From contig CAVXTP010000022.1 in the NCBI GenBank assembly GCA_963764715.1, forward strand, positions 275,735-339,734: a stretch of DNA of 64,000 bases. Reading direction: 5' to 3'. Within the stretch, counting starts at the first letter, position 1. The number at the start of each line of letters is the position of its first letter. Of the stretch, positions 57,122-64,000 are shown in pieces. The notes beneath the pieces were generated by a model. That model did not search any database, was not told where the DNA came from, and saw only the letters and a program-made list of their open reading frames with translations. This DNA is from an uncultured Acidobacteriota bacterium (GTDB taxonomy: Bacteria; Acidobacteriota; Thermoanaerobaculia; UBA5066; Gp7-AA6). The position numbers and the translations under genes were made by a program.

Positions 57122-57325
57122 CTAGGGAATCCGGAGCTTCTGCCCGACGCGGATCAGGTTCGGGTCCTTCAGGACGTCCTTGTTGGCTTCGAAGATCTTC
57201 GGGTAGAGGCTCGCGTCGCCGTAGTAGTGCTGGGCGATCTTGGAGAGCGTTTCGCCGCTCTTGACCTCGTGCCACTGGGTGTAATCGGTCGAACCGCCCT
57301 GGGTGCCCTTGGGTTCGTTCGGCAT
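57122..57325 (-). CDS. LysM-domain peptidoglycan-binding protein
   Basis: 67 aa; LysM consensus HEVKSGETLSKIAQHYYGD...IFEAN...IRVGQKLRIP. Confidence 0.75.
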   Translation of the reverse strand: MPNEPKGTQGGSTDYTQWHEVKSGETLSKIAQHYYGDASLYPKIFEANKDVLKDPNLIRVGQKLRIP

Positions 57326-57394
57326 GGGGACCTCCTGTGGGGCCGCGCTGCGGCTGGATTCGAGCCGCGAACGTAAGTCGCGGTGGCCCGGTTG

Positions 57395-58464
57395 TCAAGC
57401 GGGGCCGAGCGCGCGGCCGAGCGCCTGGAGGCCCTCGCGCACCGCCCCGGGCTCGCCGCCGAACGCGATCCGGAAGTGGGCGGGGGCGCCGAAAAAGCGT
57501 CCCGGCGCGACCGCGGTCCCGGTCTCCCGGAAGAGCCGATCGACGAATGGGCCGGCGTCGGCGACCCCGGCGAGGCGGGGGAAGGCGAGAGTCGAGCGCG
57601 GCGGCACGCACGCGAGCTCCGGCCGCGACCCGAGAAACGCGGACACGGCCGCGAGGTTCGTTTCGACGATGGCGCGGGCCCGGGCTTCCAGCCGGTCGAG
57701 GTGCGAGAACGCGACGACCGAAAGCCGGTCGGCCGGCATCGGCGCCCAGACGTCCACGATATCCCGCGCGCGGCGGATCGTCTCGGCGACGGCGGGGGAG
57801 GCGAGGGCCCACCCGCAGCGCAGGGAGGCGAGCCCGAAGGACTTCGTGAGGGACGAGGTCGAGACGAAATGGTCGGACAGGAGCGCCGCGGGAGCGGGGC
57901 GGCCGTCGAGCACGGTGTCCCGGTAGACCTCGTCGAAGAGGACGTGGAGGCCGCGCTCCTCGGCGAGCCGGGCGAGGGCGCGGACGCTCGCCTCCGAGAT
58001 CAACGCCCCCGAGGGGTTGTGCGGGTTCGTCAGGATGACGAGGCGGGTCCGGGGCGTCAGCGCCGCGGCGACGGTTTCGGGATCGACGTCGAATCCGTCC
58101 TCGAAGCGGCGGGGAAAGAATGCGACGTCGGCGCCGAGCATGCGGGCGGCCGCCGGGATCGGGTCGTAGTGCGGGGTCTCGACGAGGACGGCGTCCCCCG
58201 TCCCGAGGAGCGCGGCGCAGGCCAGGAAATTGGCGCCCGAGCAGCCGCCGGCCGTCGCGACGCGCTCGACGGGCACGGCGTGGCGCGCCGCGATCGCTTC
58301 GCGCAGCGGCACGTAGCCCTCGGGGCTCTCGCCGGCGATGTCGAGCGCCTCGCGCGCTCCGGGCAGGTCCTCGAGCCGGCACGGCAGGAGGTTCGAGCCC
58401 GCCAGGTCGATGCGCGGGCGCGGCCGCGACTTGGCCCACTCCATGTAAGGCGCGCGGGCGAGCG

Positions 58465-58468
<4 letters not shown>
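57395..58468 (-). CDS. PLP-dependent aminotransferase, class I/II
   Basis: 357-aa tail of the 2159-aa artefact ORF; NPHNPSG and SLTKSFGLASLRCGW (PLP-Lys) blocks; ATG overlaps permease stop. Confidence 0.75.
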
Positions 58469-59787
<1,319 letters not shown>

Positions 59788-59799
59788 CGGGCCGGCGTC

Positions 59800-60468
59800 C
59801 TAGCGGTAGCGCGGCTGGACGCGGACGATCGTGAGCGTCTCGAGCTTGCCGCGCGCGTCGAAGTCGAAGCCCACGTAGGCGTCGCCGAAGACCTTGCAGG
59901 CATGGCAGCCGTCCGTCAGCTCGTAGGGGACGACGAGGCTCTGGCCGCCGCCCTGCCGGGGCAGGACGCGCGGGAACTGGTCCGAGCTCCGGTCGCCCGG
60001 GAAGATCGCCAGTTTCGACGTCCCCCGCTTCAGCGCGGCGTACACGCGGTTGCCCTCGAAGATCCCGGGTTTGATGAGGGCGGGATCGTCGACGTCGATC
60101 AGGGGCGGCTGGCCGTTGACGAGGAAGACGACGCGGTTCTCGTTCGCCCGGAACGGGTACTCGGCGTAGGCCACGCCGACGGGGCCGGCCTCGCGGAAAC
60201 GGAGGAGATAGCCCTGCCCGCCGGTGCGCCGGGCGAAGTCGAGCGCGGCCGCCGGGGCGCCCGCCTTCTCCATCGTGCGGACGAAACACGCGCCCATGTC
60301 CTGTCCCGCCCCGTCGCACGCGGCGTGAAACGCGTCGCGAAAATCGGGGGGCGGCGTCCAGACCGCACCGGGTCCGACCGGCGGCGGCGCGGCGGGCGTG
60401 GCCTTCGGCGCGGGCGGAGCCGCCGACGCCAGCCAGACCGCGGCCGCGAGGTACGTCAGGTTCTTCAT
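59800..60468 (-). CDS. secreted hypothetical protein
   Basis: Signal peptide MKNLTYLAAAVWLASA; 6 Cys. Confidence 0.5.
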   Translation of the reverse strand: MKNLTYLAAAVWLASAAPPAPKATPAAPPPVGPGAVWTPPPDFRDAFHAACDGAGQDMGACFVRTMEKAGAPAAALDFARRTGGQGYLLRFREAGPVGVAYAEYPFRANENRVVFLVNGQPPLIDVDDPALIKPGIFEGNRVYAALKRGTSKLAIFPGDRSSDQFPRVLPRQGGGQSLVVPYELTDGCHACKVFGDAYVGFDFDARGKLETLTIVRVQPRYR

Positions 60469-60544
60469 CGCGCGATCGTCGCACAATCATACGCGGGACG
60501 AGATCGTCGCCGGCTTGGCCGCGATCGCTTATGATCGAGTCTCG

Positions 60545-63500
60545 ATGCCCGGCGACTTCGTCCACCTCCACCTCCACAGCCAGTACTCCCTCCTCGACGG
60601 CGCCAACAAGCTCCCGGAGCTCTGCAAGCGCGTGGCCGAGCTCGGGATGCCGGCCGTGGCGGTCACCGATCACGGCAACATGTTCGGCGCGTTTCATTTC
60701 TTCCACGAGGCGCTCCAGAACGGCATCCGGCCGATCATCGGCGTCGAGGCGTACATCGCGCCGGGCGACCGCCGGGACCGCGAGGAGAAGGCGGCGAGCG
60801 AGTCGGGCGAGGGATACGCGTACCACCTGACCCTGCTCGCCGCGACGCAGAAGGGCTATCGCAACCTCGTCCGCCTCGTGTCCGAGGCGTACACCTCGGG
60901 CTTCTACCACCGGCCCCGCATGGACAAGGCCCTCCTGCGGGAGCACGCCGAGGGCCTCATCGGCCTCTCGGGCTGCCTCAAGGGCGAGGTCGCGGGGGCC
61001 CTGTCGCGAGGCAACTTCGGGGCGGCGAAGCGGGCGTTCCTCGAGTACGAGGAGATCTTCGGGAAGGGCAACTTCTACGTCGAGCTCATGGATCACGGCC
61101 TGCCCCAGCAGACGGCGATCGTGCCGGACCTCCTGCGGCTCGCGTCGGAGACCGGGGCGCCGGCCGTCGCGACCAACGACAGCCACTACCTGCGGCGCGA
61201 CGACGCCTTCCCCCACGAGGTCCTGCTCTGCATCGGCATGGGCAAGACGCTCGAGGACGAGCGCCGGATGCGCTTCTACAACGACGAGTTCTACGTGAAG
61301 AGCCCGGACGAGATGCTCTCGCGCTTCAAGCCGTGGAGCGTCGAGGCCGTCACGAACACGGTCGCGATCGCCGAGCGCTGCGCGGTCTCGTTCGACACCG
61401 ACGGCCTCCACCTGCCGACCTTCACGGCCCCGGACGGCCGGCCGCCCGCCGACTACTTCCGGGACCTCGCCCGCGAGGGCCTGGAGCGCCGCCTGTCGGA
61501 GCTCGACGCCGAGGCGGGCGCCGGCGTCGCGCGGATCCCGACGGCAAAATACCGGGAGCGGCTCGAGTACGAGATCACCGTCATCGAAAAGATGGGGTTC
61601 CCGTCGTACTTCCTGATCGTTTCCGACTTCATCCGCCACGCCCGCGAGAAGGGGATCGCGGTCGGTCCCGGGCGCGGCAGCGCCGCCGGCTCGATCGTGT
61701 CGTGGGCGCTGCGCATCACCGAGATCGATCCGCTCCGCTACGACCTCCTCTTCGAGCGCTTCCTGAACCCCGAGCGGATCTCGATGCCGGACATCGACAT
61801 CGATTTCTGCCAGGCGCGGCGCGGCGAGGTCATCGAGTACGTGACCAAGAAGTACGGGCGGGAGAACGTCGCGCAGATCGTGACCTTCTCCCAGTTGAAG
61901 CCCAAGCTCGCCGTGCGCGACGTCGCCCGGGTGCTCTCGCTGCCCGTGGCGCTCGGGGACCGGATCGCCAAGCTCGTTCCGGACGGGCCCGACGTCAACT
62001 TCGAGCGGGCCTTCCGGGACTCGCCGGGCCTCAAGGAGGCGATGGCGGCGGACGAGTCGATCGCCAAGGTCGTGCGGATCGCCGAGCGGCTCGAGGGCCT
62101 GTCGCGCCATGCCGGCATGCACGCGGCCGGCGTCGTCATCGCGCCGCGCCCCATCACCGAGTACCTGCCGCTCTACCGGACGAACAAGGACGAAATCACG
62201 ACGCAGTTCGACATGAACGCGGTCGAGAAGATGGGCCTCCTCAAGATCGATTTCCTGGGCCTCATCACCCTCGACGTGCTCGAGGCGACCGTCGCGGCCG
62301 TGAAGGAGCGCCTCGGGGTCACGCTCGACCTCGACCACCTGCCGCTCGACGACGAGCCGACCTACGAGCTCTTCCGGTCGGGCAAGACGGCCTGCGTCTT
62401 CCAGTTCGATTCGGGCGGGATGCGGGACCTGCTGCGCCGCGCCAAGCCCCGCGTCTTCCCGGACCTCGCGGCCCTCAACGCGCTCTACCGGCCGGGGGCC
62501 CTCGACGCCGGCACGGTCGAGGACTACGTCCGGCGGCGCGGCGGGACGCGCGTGACCTACCCGCTGCCGGAGCTCGAGCCGATCCTCTCGGAGACCCTCG
62601 GGATCCTGGTCTACCAGGAGCAGGTCATGCGCATCGCCCAGACCGTCGCGGGCTACTCGCTCGCCGAGGCCGACCTGCTGCGCAAGGCGATCGGGAAGAA
62701 GAAGCGCGAGATCATGGAGGCCGAGGCCGAGAAGTTCCTGCGGCGAGCCGTCGAGCACGGGACGCCGAAGAAGAAGGCGCAGGAGCTCTGGTCCCTGATC
62801 GAGCCGTTCGCGCGGTACGGCTTCAACAAGTCGCACGCCGTGGCCTACGCCCTGGTGGCCTACAAGACGGCGTACCTCAAGGCCCACTACCCGGTCGACT
62901 TCTTCGCGGCCAACCTCTCGGCCGAGATCGGCTCGACCGACGGCATCGTCAAGGTCCTCGGCGACTGCCAGGAGTCCGGGATCCCGGTCCTGCCGCCCGA
63001 CATCAACGAGTCGGCGGAGAGCTTCGCCGCGGTGGGCGGCTCGATCCGCTTCGGGCTCGCGGCGATCAAGGGCGTCGGCGAGGCCGCGGCCCACGCCATC
63101 CTCGACGAGCGGAGCAAGAAGCCCTTCGTCTCGTTCACCGACTTCACCGAGCGGATGGATTCGCGCCTCGTCAACAAGCGCACCCTCGACGCCCTGATCT
63201 GCGCCGGCGCCTTCGATTCGCTCGGGAAAAACCGCGCGACCCTCGCCGCGGCGTCCGAGCGCGCGCTCGCCCGGGCCGCGCGCCGCCGCGAGGAGGCCGA
63301 GCTCGGCCAGTCGAACCTCTTCGGCGGCGGCGTCGTCGAGGAGGGCTCGGCCGGCGACGACTTCCCGGACCTCCCGGAGTGGCCGCTCGACCAGAAGCTC
63401 AAGGGCGAGAAGGACACGCTCGGCTTCTACGTGACGGGGCATCCGCTCACCCGCTTCGCCGACGAGATCGGGCGCTTCGCCGAGGCCCGGATCGCGGACC

Positions 63501-64000
63501 TCGCGGGCCGCGTCGAGCAGACCGTCAAGATCGCGGGCGTGCTCGGGAGCCTCAAGAAGCAGAAGATCAAGAAGGGCGTCAACGAGGGCAAGACGATGCT
63601 CAAGGCCTCGCTCGAGGACACGAGCGGGACGGTGCCGGTCGCCATCTTCGCGAGCCTCTACGAGAAGGTCCAGGGCTGGGTCCGGGACGACCTGCCGGTG
63701 CTCGCCACGGCCAACGTGCGGGAGTCGGGCGGGGCGCTCGAGCTGACGATCCAGGAGATCACGCCGCTCGAGGGAATCCGGGAGCGGCGGGCGCGGGAGC
63801 TCGCGATCCGCGTCAACCTCGCGTACGCCGACGAGAGCGTGCTCGCGCGGCTCCAGGAGCGGCTGCGCCGACACCCGGGCACGACCCCCGTCTCCATCCG
63901 CCTCATCCGGCCGGGGGAGTTCGAGGCCACCCTCAAGGCCGCCGACTCGATGCGCATCGCGCCCTCGCCGCGTCTGACGAGCGAGATCCAGGCCCTGGCG
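60545..64000 (+). CDS. dnaE: DNA polymerase III alpha subunit, 3'-truncated at window edge
   Basis: PHP-domain start MPGDFVHLHLHSQYSLLDG; polIIIalpha core FYVELMDHG...; not in ORF track because it has no stop; runs antisense to the 2159-aa artefact ORF. Confidence 0.9.
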   Translation, partial: MPGDFVHLHLHSQYSLLDGANKLPELCKRVAELGMPAVAVTDHGNMFGAFHFFHEALQNGIRPIIGVEAYIAPGDRRDREEKAASESGEGYAYHLTLLAATQKGYRNLVRLVSEAYTSGFYHRPRMDKALLREHAEGLIGLSGCLKGEVAGALSRGNFGAAKRAFLEYEEIFGKGNFYVELMDHGLPQQTAIVPDLLRLASETGAPAVATNDSHYLRRDDAFPHEVLLCIGMGKTLEDERRMRFYNDEFYVKSPDEMLSRFKPWSVEAVTNTVAIAERCAVSFDTDGLHLPTFTAPDGRPPADYFRDLAREGLERRLSELDAEAGAGVARIPTAKYRERLEYEITVIEKMGFPSYFLIVSDFIRHAREKGIAVGPGRGSAAGSIVSWALRITEIDPLRYDLLFERFLNPERISMPDIDIDFCQARRGEVIEYVTKKYGRENVAQIVTFSQLKPKLAVRDVARVLSLPVALGDRIAKLVPDGPDVNFERAFRDSPGLKEAMAADESIAKVVRIAERLEGLSRHAGMHAAGVVIAPRPITEYLPLYRTNKDEITTQFDMNAVEKMGLLKIDFLGLITLDVLEATVAAVKERLGVTLDLDHLPLDDEPTYELFRSGKTACVFQFDSGGMRDLLRRAKPRVFPDLAALNALYRPGALDAGTVEDYVRRRGGTRVTYPLPELEPILSETLGILVYQEQVMRIAQTVAGYSLAEADLLRKAIGKKKREIMEAEAEKFLRRAVEHGTPKKKAQELWSLIEPFARYGFNKSHAVAYALVAYKTAYLKAHYPVDFFAANLSAEIGSTDGIVKVLGDCQESGIPVLPPDINESAESFAAVGGSIRFGLAAIKGVGEAAAHAILDERSKKPFVSFTDFTERMDSRLVNKRTLDALICAGAFDSLGKNRATLAAASERALARAARRREEAELGQSNLFGGGVVEEGSAGDDFPDLPEWPLDQKLKGEKDTLGFYVTGHPLTRFADEIGRFAEARIADLAGRVEQTVKIAGVLGSLKKQKIKKGVNEGKTMLKASLEDTSGTVPVAIFASLYEKVQGWVRDDLPVLATANVRESGGALELTIQEITPLEGIRERRARELAIRVNLAYADESVLARLQERLRRHPGTTPVSIRLIRPGEFEATLKAADSMRIAPSPRLTSEIQALA

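Noticed and set aside
56874-57125. 83-aa plus-strand ORF
   Set aside because: The opposite strand encodes a DUF1232-like 77-aa membrane protein with a conserved PDVIPFVDE motif and better codon bias.

Overview
This 64 kb window is a high-GC (about 70%) chromosomal segment from a bacterium, almost entirely coding. I call about 60 CDS and find no rRNA, tRNA, CRISPR array or transposase. Because of the GC content, long ORFs open in all six frames. I accepted a frame only when its translation shows recognisable protein family motifs, or when codon position 3 is G/C-biased and the start/stop spacing with neighbouring genes is consistent. Internal start codons were placed by arithmetic from the ORF-track coordinates. 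In a few places (near 21541, 28320 and 40018) the printed sequence reads one base off the ORF track, so treat start coordinates as approximately +/-1-3 nt.

Housekeeping genes present are lipA-lnt-prfB (prfB with the classic CTT TGA +1 frameshift), guaA, an xerD-like recombinase, a 3'-truncated dnaE, an NfeD-stomatin pair, and a Ser/Thr kinase with a PEGA domain.

Two gene neighbourhoods stand out.
- 11.7-16.2 kb: an NDUFA9-like SDR, an Spt-like alpha-oxoamine synthase, a GNAT/BioF2-like N-acyltransferase and a convergent PAP2 protein. This looks like a bacterial ceramide/sphingolipid synthesis module (synteny and domain inference only).
- 48.65 down to 37.9 kb, minus strand: one tightly overlapped operon of ParB-like, cyclase, 3,5-diaminohexanoate dehydrogenase-like (kdd), P-loop protein, kamD, kamE, hot-dog kal-like, kce (BKACE), an APC permease and an M28 peptidase. 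This is a beta-lysine (lysine-fermentation type) catabolic cluster with no kamA in the window. It is complemented 8 kb away by a thiolase/hbd/crotonase module that would take crotonyl-CoA to acetyl-CoA.

Other oddities: a frameshifted AspAT-like gene, an xerD with no canonical start codon for its N-terminal domain, an archaeal-type (type II) GAPDH homologue, and several 4-nt GTGA/ATGA start-stop overlaps.
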